A DNA stretch of 64,000 bases. Origin: Planctomycetota bacterium (GTDB taxonomy: Bacteria > Planctomycetota > UBA1135 > UBA2386). The first letter of the stretch is position 1. Each line of letters begins with the position of its first letter. Position numbers and translations under genes: made by a program. The stretch is from assembly GCA_050181465.1 (NCBI GenBank), contig JBFXDD010000005.1:125587-189586 (forward strand), written 5' to 3'. Below are positions 30,471-38,811 of this stretch, one piece after another. The notes under the pieces were generated by a model that had not been told where the DNA came from, ran no database searches, and worked only from the letters and a program-made list of their open reading frames with translations.

Positions 30471-31984
30471 GCGATTCCTCGCCGTCGCTCGCGATCGAAC
30501 TTCGCGACTTCGGCCTCGCCTACCGAGGACGGGCCAAGGAGCGGATCGTCTTCGTCGACGTCGATCTGAGCATTCCCTCCGGGTCCTTCCTTCTGCTCGT
30601 CGGCGAGAGCGGCTCGGGTAAGTCCACGCTGCTCCGCCTGTTGTGCGGGCTGTGGGAGAGTCGCGAGCCCGCTCCGCGAGTACGCGGCAGCGTGCGGGTG
30701 CTCGGCGAGAACGTCGGCGTGCACTATCCGCGTCGCCTCCGTGGTCAGGTGCAGGCGGTTCTGCAGGACGAGGGTCTGCTCGACGAACTTTCCCCGCGCG
30801 GCAACGTGGAACTCGCACTTCGCGTCGCGAAGCGATCGCCGACGCTCGCACTTGGCTTGCTCGCCCAGGTGGGCCTCGAACATCCTCCAGAACGCGTTCA
30901 CGAACTGTCCGGCGGCATGCGAAAGCGCGTGGCGGTCGCACGGGCGCTCGGCGGTGGCCCGAGACTCTTGTTCTTCGATGAGCCGACGGCCGGACTCGAT
31001 GCCGAATCGGCGCGCGCGATCGCGACGTTGTTGGTCGACACGCATCGTTCGACTGCGGGGGCCCGTACGACGATCGTGATCACGCATGACCTGAGAGCCT
31101 TCGAGGGCCTGCACGACGGAGTCCTCCACATCGATCCCGACTCGAAGTCGCTGCGATGGATTCCACCCGGAGAGCCGATCGTGGACGACGATCGGGACGT
31201 GGAGATCGAGGCGACCGTGGAGCCGCTCTTCGATCTCCGCGGTCTGCAAACGCTGCTCTACGGCGCGGCTGACTTCGGGGCGACGATCGGCAACGCGATC
31301 TGGCGGATCGTGCCGCGATGGCCCGAACTCGCTGCCGGAACCATTCGTCGCTACATCATCGAAGCTGCCGTCTTCGTCGTCATTGGGTGCGCGACCGTCG
31401 GCGGACTCGCGATGTTCTTCGCGCTGCGGAACAATCCGCTCGAAGGAGCCTTCACCGGAGCGCTGATCACCGGATCGGGGACCGTTCTCGTCGCGGTGCT
31501 CATCCCGCTCCTCGCCGGATTCTTCTTCACCGCGCGCGTCGCCGCCGGCGCGGCTGCGCGACTCGGAACGATGAAGCGCACCGGCCAGATCGATGCGCTA
31601 CGCATGATGGGGATCCGGCCGGTCGACTACTTGTTGATCCCGCTGCTCTGGGGTGTCTGTGTTGCACTGCCGATCGTCACTGCCTGCGGAGTCGTCTTTG
31701 CGGGACTGGCATCACTCTTCGCAGCACAACTCGTGAGCGGAATCTCGGCGTACGGATGGGCACGAGCCTTCATCGTGGAACTCGATCGAGGCGACATTCG
31801 TTTTGTTGCCTACAAGGCCCTGATCTCGGGCTTCCTCGTGGCCATCGTCACCTATTTCTTGGCCACGGGCCCGAAGCGGTCCGGTCTCGATGTGGGACGA
31901 GCGGTCAACGGCAGCATCGTGTTCGGGATGACCGCGGTCTTGCTGGTGCACGCCGCTCTGATCCTCCTGCATTACGCGCGCTAA
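30467..31984 (+). CDS. ABC transporter with fused ATP-binding (MlaF-like) and permease (MlaE-like) domains
   Basis: The GTG overlaps the MCE gene stop (GTGA). It has Walker A GESGSGKST, signature LSGGMRKRVAVARAL and Walker B LLFFDEP. A multi-TM MlaE-like C-terminal half follows (GSGTVLVAVLIPLLAGFFFTARVAAGAAARLGTMKRTGQIDALRMMGI). The TAA stop lies in repeat copy A. Confidence 0.75.
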   Translation: MSDSSPSLAIELRDFGLAYRGRAKERIVFVDVDLSIPSGSFLLLVGESGSGKSTLLRLLCGLWESREPAPRVRGSVRVLGENVGVHYPRRLRGQVQAVLQDEGLLDELSPRGNVELALRVAKRSPTLALGLLAQVGLEHPPERVHELSGGMRKRVAVARALGGGPRLLFFDEPTAGLDAESARAIATLLVDTHRSTAGARTTIVITHDLRAFEGLHDGVLHIDPDSKSLRWIPPGEPIVDDDRDVEIEATVEPLFDLRGLQTLLYGAADFGATIGNAIWRIVPRWPELAAGTIRRYIIEAAVFVVIGCATVGGLAMFFALRNNPLEGAFTGALITGSGTVLVAVLIPLLAGFFFTARVAAGAAARLGTMKRTGQIDALRMMGIRPVDYLLIPLLWGVCVALPIVTACGVVFAGLASLFAAQLVSGISAYGWARAFIVELDRGDIRFVAYKALISGFLVAIVTYFLATGPKRSGLDVGRAVNGSIVFGMTAVLLVHAALILLHYAR

Positions 31985-32076
31985 CCCGGAATCCTCGTGA
32001 ACGTCGTCGCGAGATCGACGCAGCCGGGCGCGAGTTGCGGCGATCGCAGCAGGCGTTCACGAGTGATCCGGGCCAG
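31981..32076 (+). repeat. Nested-palindrome intergenic element, short form (copy A)
   Basis: Sequence CTAACCCGGAATCCTCGTGAACGTCGTCGCGAGATCGACGCAGCCGGGCGCGAGTTGCGGCGATCGCAGCAGGCGTTCACGAGTGATCCGGGCCAG. The outer arms CCCGGA..CTCGTGAACG and CGTTCACGAG..TCCGGG are inverted repeats. Confidence 0.92.
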
Positions 32077-32209
32077 TCGACCTCCTCGTCCAGGCGGGCT
32101 CGACCGATTGTCGAGTTCTGCGGCAGAGTGGCACGACGGACCGTCGCCGCCGAGTACATCGACCTGGTCGCATTCAAGTCCCCGATCCGATCGCGTCGAT
32201 CCGTTCCCC

Positions 32210-32797
32210 GTGAAGGGCATCGAAAAGCTCACCCCGATTCGACTCGCGGAAGTCCTCACCCAACGTGGACTCGTCCCGAACGAGACGATCACCGATGCGC
32301 TGTACTCCCAGGACCGCTACGGCGAGTCCTTCTCGGAGGTCTTGGTCAGCAGTGGTCAGATCAACGAATGGGACCTGGCGAAGGTGGTCGTCGAAGTCTT
32401 CGGCATCCCGTTCATGATGGCGAGTTCGTACGACATCACGAAGGAGGCGCAGTCCGCCATCCCGAAGGAGTTGTTGTTCCGCCACATGGTGGTGCCGCTG
32501 GATCGCTTGGGCAACGTCGTCACCGTGACGATGCCGATCCTCACGCCGTTCGACGTGCTCGGAAAGATCGGTCGCGAATCCGGCTGCGAGATCTATCCGT
32601 TCGTCGGCTTGATCGGGGAGAACCGCAAGGTCTTGGCCAACATCTACTCCGACTATGAGGACTGGCGACTCGAGCAGGAGAAGAAGCGCGAGGAACTCCG
32701 CAAGTCGCGATCGAATCGGAAGGAGCGCGGCGGAGACTGGATGTCGATGTTCGACTCCGCCGACGAGCAGGTTCGCAAAGACCGCCGCGATCCCTGA
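32210..32797 (+). CDS. Stand-alone GspE/PilB N-terminal (T2SSE_N / MshEN) domain protein
   Basis: Start taken as the in-frame GTG at 32210. The sequence RLAEVLTQRGLVPNETITDALYSQ...SFSEVLVSSGQINEWDLAKVVVEVFGIPFMMASSYDITKEAQSAIPKELLFRHMVVPLDRLGNVVTVTMP matches the T2SSE_N architecture. No ATPase domain is present. The upstream part of the tracked ORF starts inside repeat A and is an artefact. Confidence 0.6.
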   Translation: MKGIEKLTPIRLAEVLTQRGLVPNETITDALYSQDRYGESFSEVLVSSGQINEWDLAKVVVEVFGIPFMMASSYDITKEAQSAIPKELLFRHMVVPLDRLGNVVTVTMPILTPFDVLGKIGRESGCEIYPFVGLIGENRKVLANIYSDYEDWRLEQEKKREELRKSRSNRKERGGDWMSMFDSADEQVRKDRRDP

Positions 32798-32810
32798 GTT
32801 CGATCAGTCG

Positions 32811-32903
32811 CTAGCCCGGATGACTCGTGAACGTCGTCGCGAGATCGCCGCCGGGCGCGAGTTGCGGCGATCGCAGCAGACGGTCACGAATGATCCGGGC
32901 TAG
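32811..32903 (+). repeat. Nested-palindrome intergenic element, short form (copy B)
   Basis: Sequence CTAGCCCGGATGACTCGTGAACGTCGTCGCGAGATCGCCGCCGGGCGCGAGTTGCGGCGATCGCAGCAGACGGTCACGAATGATCCGGGCTAG. CTAG is present at both ends. The right arm overlaps the last codons and the stop of the convergent tatA-family gene. Confidence 0.92.
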
Positions 32904-33366
32904 GGGTTTGCGGGTCCGCCTCTGCGGCCGAGCCCGTCACCGAGGCGCGCCGCTCCCGTTCACCAGCAGGTTCGTCGGTCGCGTGGTCGGTCGTCGACTC
33001 GTGCCCTTCGACGGCGGCGCGCTCCGCGGCCAAGCGTTGCGACTCTGCCTCGATGACCGCTTGGTGGTCGTCGCCTGGGTCGCGATCGTCGGGGTGTTCC
33101 GGATGATCGTCGGCCATCACGTGATCGACCAGGCGCTTGGGATCCAGCGCCTGCCGCGGCGCATCCAATGCACTGCGCATGTCGCGCATGCCGGACCGCA
33201 CCTCGCGCAGGCTCTCGTCACGATCCAGTTCGCGCCGGAAGTCATCGAATCCCCGGCGTAGGTTCGCCACGGTGCGCCCGACTTGCCGCCCGACCTCCGG
33301 AAGTCGCCTCCCGTAGATCATGATCCCCACGAAGAGGATCATCACCCACTCGCCGGTGCTCGGCAT
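32884..33366 (-). CDS. tatA: Twin-arginine translocase TatA/TatE/TatB-family protein with long acidic C-terminal tail
   Basis: Start at ATG 33366. The sequence MPSTGEWVMILFVGIMIYGRRLPEVGRQVGRTVANLRRGFDDFRRE gives the canonical TM helix, hinge and amphipathic helix. At 160 aa it is long for TatA. Confidence 0.75.
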   Translation of the reverse strand: MPSTGEWVMILFVGIMIYGRRLPEVGRQVGRTVANLRRGFDDFRRELDRDESLREVRSGMRDMRSALDAPRQALDPKRLVDHVMADDHPEHPDDRDPGDDHQAVIEAESQRLAAERAAVEGHESTTDHATDEPAGERERRASVTGSAAEADPQTPSPDHS

Positions 33367-33526
33367 GCTGAGGAAGGCGAGGGGTAGGGGGAGTGAAGTC
33401 ACGACGGTTCATCGTCGGCTGCCGTTGCCGTGTGTCAACCGGGCGGGCGGGTCGCTAACCTGTTCGGCCCCAATGTCCGCCCGCGCACCATTCCGGTTCG
33501 CGCGTACCGGCGGAACCTGATCGCCC

Positions 33527-35116
33527 ATGGCCGAGCGCAACGTCTTCGCCCTCGAACGACTCACCAAGAGCTACCACAAGAAGCCGGTCCTCAATGACAT
33601 CAGCCTCGTGTTCCTCGAGAACGCCAAGATCGGCGTGATCGGCGCGAACGGGGCCGGCAAGTCGACCCTACTCCGCATCATGGCGGGTGAGGACAAGGAA
33701 TATGACGGTGTCGCGCGCGCGGCCGAGGGCATCACCATCGGTTACGTCCCGCAAGAACCGAAGCTGGTCGAGAACAAGACGGTCCGGGAGAACGTCGAGA
33801 TCGCGGTCGCTCCGATCCGCGCATTGCTCGCCGAACACGAGACTCTGAGTCTCAAGCTGGGCGAAGACATCTCGGCCGATGAGATGGAGAAGGTGATGAC
33901 CGAGCTCGATCGGCTGCAGCACGAGATCGAAGCGCGCGACGCGTGGGAGCTCGACCGCCATGTGGAGACGGCGATGACCAAGCTCCACTTGCCTCCGGAC
34001 GACAAACTCGCCGGCGAGTGCTCCGGCGGCGAGAAGCGACGCGTCGCACTGTGCAAAGTGTTGCTCGAACACCCGGACATCCTGTTGTTGGACGAGCCGA
34101 CCAACCACCTGGATGTCGACTCGGTCCGATGGCTCGAGGAGACACTCGCCAACTACAAGGGCACTGTCGTGGCCATCACCCACGATCGATTCTTCCTCGA
34201 CAACGTCGTCGGTTGGATGCTCGAGATCTGGCACGGCCGCGCGATTCCCTACAAGGGCAACTACTCCCAATACCTCGAGGCCAGAGCCAAGCGACTGGAG
34301 ATCTCCGAGAAGGAAGAGCGTTCTCGAGCCAAGGTGCTCGAGCGTGAACTCGAGTGGATTCGAATGAATCCCAAGGCCCGCACCTCCAAGAACAAGGCCC
34401 GTGTGCGCAACTACGAGCGGATGCTGGAGCAGGAAGTCGAGGAGAAGGACGGCACCGTCGAGTTGCACATTCCGCCTGGTCGTCGACTCGGTGACGTCGT
34501 CGTTCGCTTCGAACGCGTGGACTTCAGCTACGACGGTGAGCACAAGGTCCTCGACAACGTGTCGTTCGAACTCGCACCCGGTGACATCCTCGGCATCGTC
34601 GGTCCGAACGGCACCGGCAAGACCACGATGCTGAAGCTGATCACCAAGAAGCTGAAGCCCGACAGCGGTCGCGTCGTCGTCGGCGAGACCGTTGAGCTGT
34701 GCTACGTCGATCAGGAACGGGAGACTCTCGATCCCGAGAAGACCGTCTGGCAGGAGATCAGCGAGGGTCAGGACATCCTGAAGCTGGGCAAGGTCGAAGT
34801 GAACAGCCGCAGCTACGTTGCGAAGTTCAACTTCACCGGACCTGACCAGCAACAGAAGGTCGGCTCCCTGTCGGGCGGGCAACGCAATCGCGTGCAGCTC
34901 GCGAAGATGCTCCGCCGCGGCGGCAACTTGGTCCTGCTCGACGAACCCACCAACGATCTCGACCTCGACACCCTGCGCGTTCTCGAGGAAGCGATCCAAG
35001 TCTTCCCCGGCTGCATGGTGATCGTCAGCCACGATCGATACTTCCTCGACCGCGTCTGCACCAAGATCCTCGACCTCGGCAACTACGAGCCGGGCAAGTT
35101 CATGGACAGCGTGTGA
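33527..35116 (+). CDS. ettA: ABC-F family ATPase, energy-dependent translational throttle protein EttA
   Basis: Two ABC cassettes (GANGAGKSTLLRIMAG, LSGGEKRRVALCKVLL, LLLDEPTNHLD; GPNGTGKTTMLKLI, LSGGQRNRVQLAKML, LVLLDEPTNDLD). It appears colinear with E. coli EttA along its full length, judged from memory. Confidence 0.9.
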   Translation: MAERNVFALERLTKSYHKKPVLNDISLVFLENAKIGVIGANGAGKSTLLRIMAGEDKEYDGVARAAEGITIGYVPQEPKLVENKTVRENVEIAVAPIRALLAEHETLSLKLGEDISADEMEKVMTELDRLQHEIEARDAWELDRHVETAMTKLHLPPDDKLAGECSGGEKRRVALCKVLLEHPDILLLDEPTNHLDVDSVRWLEETLANYKGTVVAITHDRFFLDNVVGWMLEIWHGRAIPYKGNYSQYLEARAKRLEISEKEERSRAKVLERELEWIRMNPKARTSKNKARVRNYERMLEQEVEEKDGTVELHIPPGRRLGDVVVRFERVDFSYDGEHKVLDNVSFELAPGDILGIVGPNGTGKTTMLKLITKKLKPDSGRVVVGETVELCYVDQERETLDPEKTVWQEISEGQDILKLGKVEVNSRSYVAKFNFTGPDQQQKVGSLSGGQRNRVQLAKMLRRGGNLVLLDEPTNDLDLDTLRVLEEAIQVFPGCMVIVSHDRYFLDRVCTKILDLGNYEPGKFMDSV

Positions 35117-35142
35117 GCGAGCGCGGCATGGGCCGCGCGCTC
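35115..35142. terminator. GC-rich hairpin between convergent genes (possible bidirectional terminator)
   Basis: GCGCGGC (35121-35127) pairs with GCCGCGC (35132-35138) around the loop ATGG. The hairpin sits between the ettA stop (35116) and the stop of the minus-strand gene (35141). There is no U-tract, so intrinsic-terminator status is weak. Confidence 0.25.
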
Positions 35143-36172
35143 AGCGAGACAACGTTACACCGACCCCGTTGCCGACTTCGAGTCCCAGGGACGGGATCGG
35201 CGGCACCGCAACAGCCTGCATGTAGAGCGATGCGCCCTCCAGAGCGTTGATCGACGGCAGCGGGACCACGAGATCGAAGCTGTTGCTCGCGAGCGCGCCG
35301 AAGTTGGTGGCGATGTCGGGAGCGACGAGGAGATCGCAGTGGGGGAAGCCCAGGGGCGCCAGCGACCAGGGCAAGGTCCCGCCGGACCAGCTTTGATTGC
35401 TGGTTCCGAACAGAACTCCGAAGGTCGAGCCGCTGATGAGCCCGACCGTTCCGAAGGTGAAGGAACTGCCGAGCTGCGGTCGGCCGGCCGTGACATCCGA
35501 GATCGGCAGCAACGCTCGCGCGGAACAACCGAAGCCGAATCGGTCGGCGAACTCGACCAGCAGATGTGGGCTGGTTGCGGCTCCGGTCTCTCTCGAGTGC
35601 GCAAACCCTGGGCGCGCAGCGCCCGCATTACTTTCGATCGGATCCTTGATCACGAGACCGTGATCTTGCACGGCTCCGGTCAACCATGCTTGCACCAGCG
35701 CGGTCACGTCCGCTCGCTTCCAGCCGTTGCTGAAAGAATCCCCGACGCAGGCGGTGGCGATCACGGCCGGATCATGGGTCGGCATCGACTGCCAGGTGAC
35801 GCTCGACTCAGACCACGCCGACGTCACGCGGTGGATTGCGACATCCAGGCAACCTGCGGCACTCGCGCGATTCTGATTCCATACCAAGAGGACACGTGTC
35901 GGCCAGCGCCCCGTGTTCCTGATGAGCTGCGTGTCGAATCTCAGATAAGCGCGCTGAAACCACGTCGTGAAGGTTGGACTGGATCGGAAGTTCTTGCCGA
36001 ATCCGAGTTCGAGTGATGTGCCGAAGTTGGTCGTCGGCTGGCTCTGATCGGAGTGGGCGTCTTCGATCGCTGCCAAGGAGAAGTTCTGCTGCGCCGCGAC
36101 CGAAGTCAGGCTCAGAAGACCGGCACCCACCAGGCCGGCGAGCACGAGAGGGAGGTTCATCGCGTGCAACAT
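35141..36172 (-). CDS. Secreted DNRLRE-domain-like protein
   Basis: Signal peptide MNLPLVLAGLVGAGLLSLTSVAAQ. The sequence IEDAHSDQSQPTTNFGTS...AYLRFD...AIHRVTSAWSESSVTWQSMP...WKRADVTALVQAWLTG matches the DNRLRE domain pattern as I remember it. Confidence 0.5.
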   Translation of the reverse strand: MLHAMNLPLVLAGLVGAGLLSLTSVAAQQNFSLAAIEDAHSDQSQPTTNFGTSLELGFGKNFRSSPTFTTWFQRAYLRFDTQLIRNTGRWPTRVLLVWNQNRASAAGCLDVAIHRVTSAWSESSVTWQSMPTHDPAVIATACVGDSFSNGWKRADVTALVQAWLTGAVQDHGLVIKDPIESNAGAARPGFAHSRETGAATSPHLLVEFADRFGFGCSARALLPISDVTAGRPQLGSSFTFGTVGLISGSTFGVLFGTSNQSWSGGTLPWSLAPLGFPHCDLLVAPDIATNFGALASNSFDLVVPLPSINALEGASLYMQAVAVPPIPSLGLEVGNGVGVTLSR

Positions 36173-36242
36173 ATCGCGCTACCAACCGCTCTGCCGACGG
36201 CCCGGCGCTCGCCGCCCGATCATGGGTCGACCCCGAGCGACC

Positions 36243-38741
36243 TCAGTAATCGAAGATCCGCGATGCTCCGAACTCGTAGCCGCCGACGTTCCAAGTCGCG
36301 TTCTGGCGGACCAGATTGCCCAAACGCGGCTCGAAGTCGATGTTGAAGCTGGTGTCGTCGGTCACCACATCGTAGGTCAGCCCGAAGAACAAGCGCCAGT
36401 CCAGATCGTTGCGAATGAGGTTGGCGACGTAGAACGCACTGCGACTGCGCTCGATGTCATAGGTGCCGCGCAGATCGATCTGCCAGCGCGTGCGAAGCGG
36501 AATCGACACGCCGTAGCCGACGATTCCCTTCTCGACTTGGTCGGTTCGATACTGGAACAGCCAACTGAGCCGACCGGTTCGAAGCTGCGTGTAGATGTTG
36601 AAGGTCCGCAGTTCCTGAATGTTCCAGTCCTGCTCACCCTCGATCATCAGACCGAGGGACACATCCTCGGTGAAGCGAAGTGAGCGTACCAACAACTCGA
36701 ACTCGAAGACGTCGAGAACGTCTCCGCCGTTGTCGCGATCGGCGTTGGGTGCGAAGCGCTGCGCGAGATCGAGCCACACTTCTTCGCGTTCGTCGAGTTC
36801 GTGAGCATCGACTTGATCGATCGATGTGGAACCCGAATCGACGGGCTCGCTTCGGTCACGAGTTCGCGACAAGAGCCGCTGCAAGACGCCGACTCGCAAG
36901 GCAGAGCGTTCGGTCAGGGCGTCGACGGCATCTTGTTGGAAGAAGTCTGATGCGGTTCGCTGCACGGCGAATCGATTCTCATAGCGAACCGTCGGCACCA
37001 CTTCGTGGCGCCAGAGTGAACCGCCGCCAAGATCGAAGTCACGGGCGAGTTCCGTGCCCATCTCGGCACCGACTTGACTGGCGAATCGACCGTGCGCACC
37101 ACCCACCGCAGTGCGTTCATAGCCCGTGTACCGAGTCGCCAGGAACGGCCGCACGTTGACGACGCCGAACCGGGCGGGGACAGCGAGCTCGATCTCCTGG
37201 TCGAATCGGAACGTGCGATCGTCCACGGTGCCGGTCGCCCCTTCGCCCCAGTTGCTCTGCAGCATGCCGATGCCGCTCGAGGTCGTCAGCAGGAGCGGGG
37301 TGCGATCGGCGAACTCGAGCAACGGCTGGGAGAACCAATCCAGGGTCGCGTACGGCAGTTCCTCGCCGAAGCGATTCGCGAGCTGTCGACCATCGGCGTA
37401 GGAGAAGTCGGCGAGATTCCCCCGCACGCCGACGATGCCGATCCACGAGTCGCCGCGATGTCGGAGGTAGGCGCTCGTCTCGGGTCGCTCGTTGAGGTTG
37501 TACTCGCCACGATAGAAGTCCGGGAAGATCGAGGGATCGCTCGCCCAGAACGCCGTGACGTCGAGCTCCGTGCGTTCCGAGAAGTGGACTCGGTTCTCGG
37601 TGCGCAGCATCGAACGTGCGTCGGGAGTGATGCGGCTGCCGTCGAGTTCGCGTCGGATCGGCCCGATGGGGGCGAGCGCGTCGTCGATCCCCATGGCGAA
37701 CAGCCGGCCCTCGTAGAGATCGCCGCCCTTGTAACGCAGGTCGGCATCGATCGGGAACCCGCGCTTCTCGATCCAGCCGGTGCCCAGTCGCCAAGTCCCG
37801 CGGAACTCGTCGGCAGGGCGACCGGTGAGCCACTCGTGGATGGAACCGCCGAAGTCGTTGAAGGTGCTTCCCCAGAGGATGCGCGCGCGCGGACCCAGGC
37901 GCTGCGAGATGCCGGCGCTCGCCCCCTTGATGAGCAGTTGGTCCTGATCGGCGGTGAAGATGTGCTGATCCGGTAGCGGCAGGACCGCGGTGCCGTGCAC
38001 CCGCATCTGGTTGCCGCGCGCGAATACCTCGAACTCATCCGCGCGCTCGCGAATCTCGATGTCGTCGGACAGCACGTCGAACTGTGGTTCGCCGGCGGTC
38101 GAAGTCGTCAGCGAGACCGTCCGTCCGGTGAATCGTCCGTGCTGGCGCACCAGCTCTGCGGCGCGAACGGTGATCTGGATGGGCCGGCCTTCTGCTGTCG
38201 ACTGCAACAGCCGTAGGGTCGGCTCCACGATTCGGACGCGATCGTCGATCGGGGAGAAGTGAAGACTCTTGCAACGCAAGACTTCGATCCCGCCGAAGAC
38301 GATCGTCACATCGCCCTCGAGATACACCGAGCGGAAGAGCTCGACCGAAAGCCCGCGTTGACCCTCGCCGAGCGGTCGCCGCCGAAGTGCCGCGAGAAAG
38401 CCGTCGATGCGGGAACGGAGCAGCTTCTCGTCGACCAATCGTCTCGCTGACGGCAGCGGTGCATCGCGGCGCGGAGGTCCGGCCGTCCCGACGGAGGTCG
38501 ACTGGAGCCGAGCGCTCTCGGTGCGGTCGAAGACGACCAGCGCAGAATCGCAGCGGATGCTGAAGTCGATCGCGCGATCCTCGAACCAGACGCCGCCGGT
38601 CGCGGTAACTTCGGTCACATCGGTGAGCTGGCGCACCTGCGTGACGTCGGCCCCGAAGGGCGGATCCTCCTGCGCGCGAAGAGTCGTCGCGCACAGCAGC
38701 ACGACACCCGCGGCGAAGGAGGACAGCCAGGACACGCCCAT
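36243..38741 (-). CDS. Large outer-membrane beta-barrel protein, LptD/OstA-like (tentative)
   Basis: Signal peptide (SWLSSFAAGVVLLCATTLRAQ), an N-terminal OstA-like segment, and a long C-terminal region rich in alternating aromatic/Gly/Asp beta-strand patterns. The protein ends ...GASRIFDY. Confidence 0.4.
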   Translation of the reverse strand: MGVSWLSSFAAGVVLLCATTLRAQEDPPFGADVTQVRQLTDVTEVTATGGVWFEDRAIDFSIRCDSALVVFDRTESARLQSTSVGTAGPPRRDAPLPSARRLVDEKLLRSRIDGFLAALRRRPLGEGQRGLSVELFRSVYLEGDVTIVFGGIEVLRCKSLHFSPIDDRVRIVEPTLRLLQSTAEGRPIQITVRAAELVRQHGRFTGRTVSLTTSTAGEPQFDVLSDDIEIRERADEFEVFARGNQMRVHGTAVLPLPDQHIFTADQDQLLIKGASAGISQRLGPRARILWGSTFNDFGGSIHEWLTGRPADEFRGTWRLGTGWIEKRGFPIDADLRYKGGDLYEGRLFAMGIDDALAPIGPIRRELDGSRITPDARSMLRTENRVHFSERTELDVTAFWASDPSIFPDFYRGEYNLNERPETSAYLRHRGDSWIGIVGVRGNLADFSYADGRQLANRFGEELPYATLDWFSQPLLEFADRTPLLLTTSSGIGMLQSNWGEGATGTVDDRTFRFDQEIELAVPARFGVVNVRPFLATRYTGYERTAVGGAHGRFASQVGAEMGTELARDFDLGGGSLWRHEVVPTVRYENRFAVQRTASDFFQQDAVDALTERSALRVGVLQRLLSRTRDRSEPVDSGSTSIDQVDAHELDEREEVWLDLAQRFAPNADRDNGGDVLDVFEFELLVRSLRFTEDVSLGLMIEGEQDWNIQELRTFNIYTQLRTGRLSWLFQYRTDQVEKGIVGYGVSIPLRTRWQIDLRGTYDIERSRSAFYVANLIRNDLDWRLFFGLTYDVVTDDTSFNIDFEPRLGNLVRQNATWNVGGYEFGASRIFDY

Positions 38742-38811
38742 TGCGAGGCATCGTCCTTATCCGACGGTCGCGGCGGTGGCCAGCGGGAGCATGGAACCTT
38801 GACGCGGTGCC

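Noticed and set aside
31997-32209. ORFs in the track that begin MNVVARS(T)QPGASCGDRS... (31997, 32827, 48037, 50390) and related reverse-strand ORFs (12348-12626, 47768-48100, 58670-58951, 58791-59141). They look like a conserved peptide family.
   Set aside because: The shared peptide is simply the translation of the repeat element: the GTG in CGTGAACGTCGTCGCGAGATCG opens a frame. The ORFs read through palindromic DNA in both directions and then either stop or run into the real downstream gene. They are ORF-calling artefacts that would produce false N-terminal extensions.
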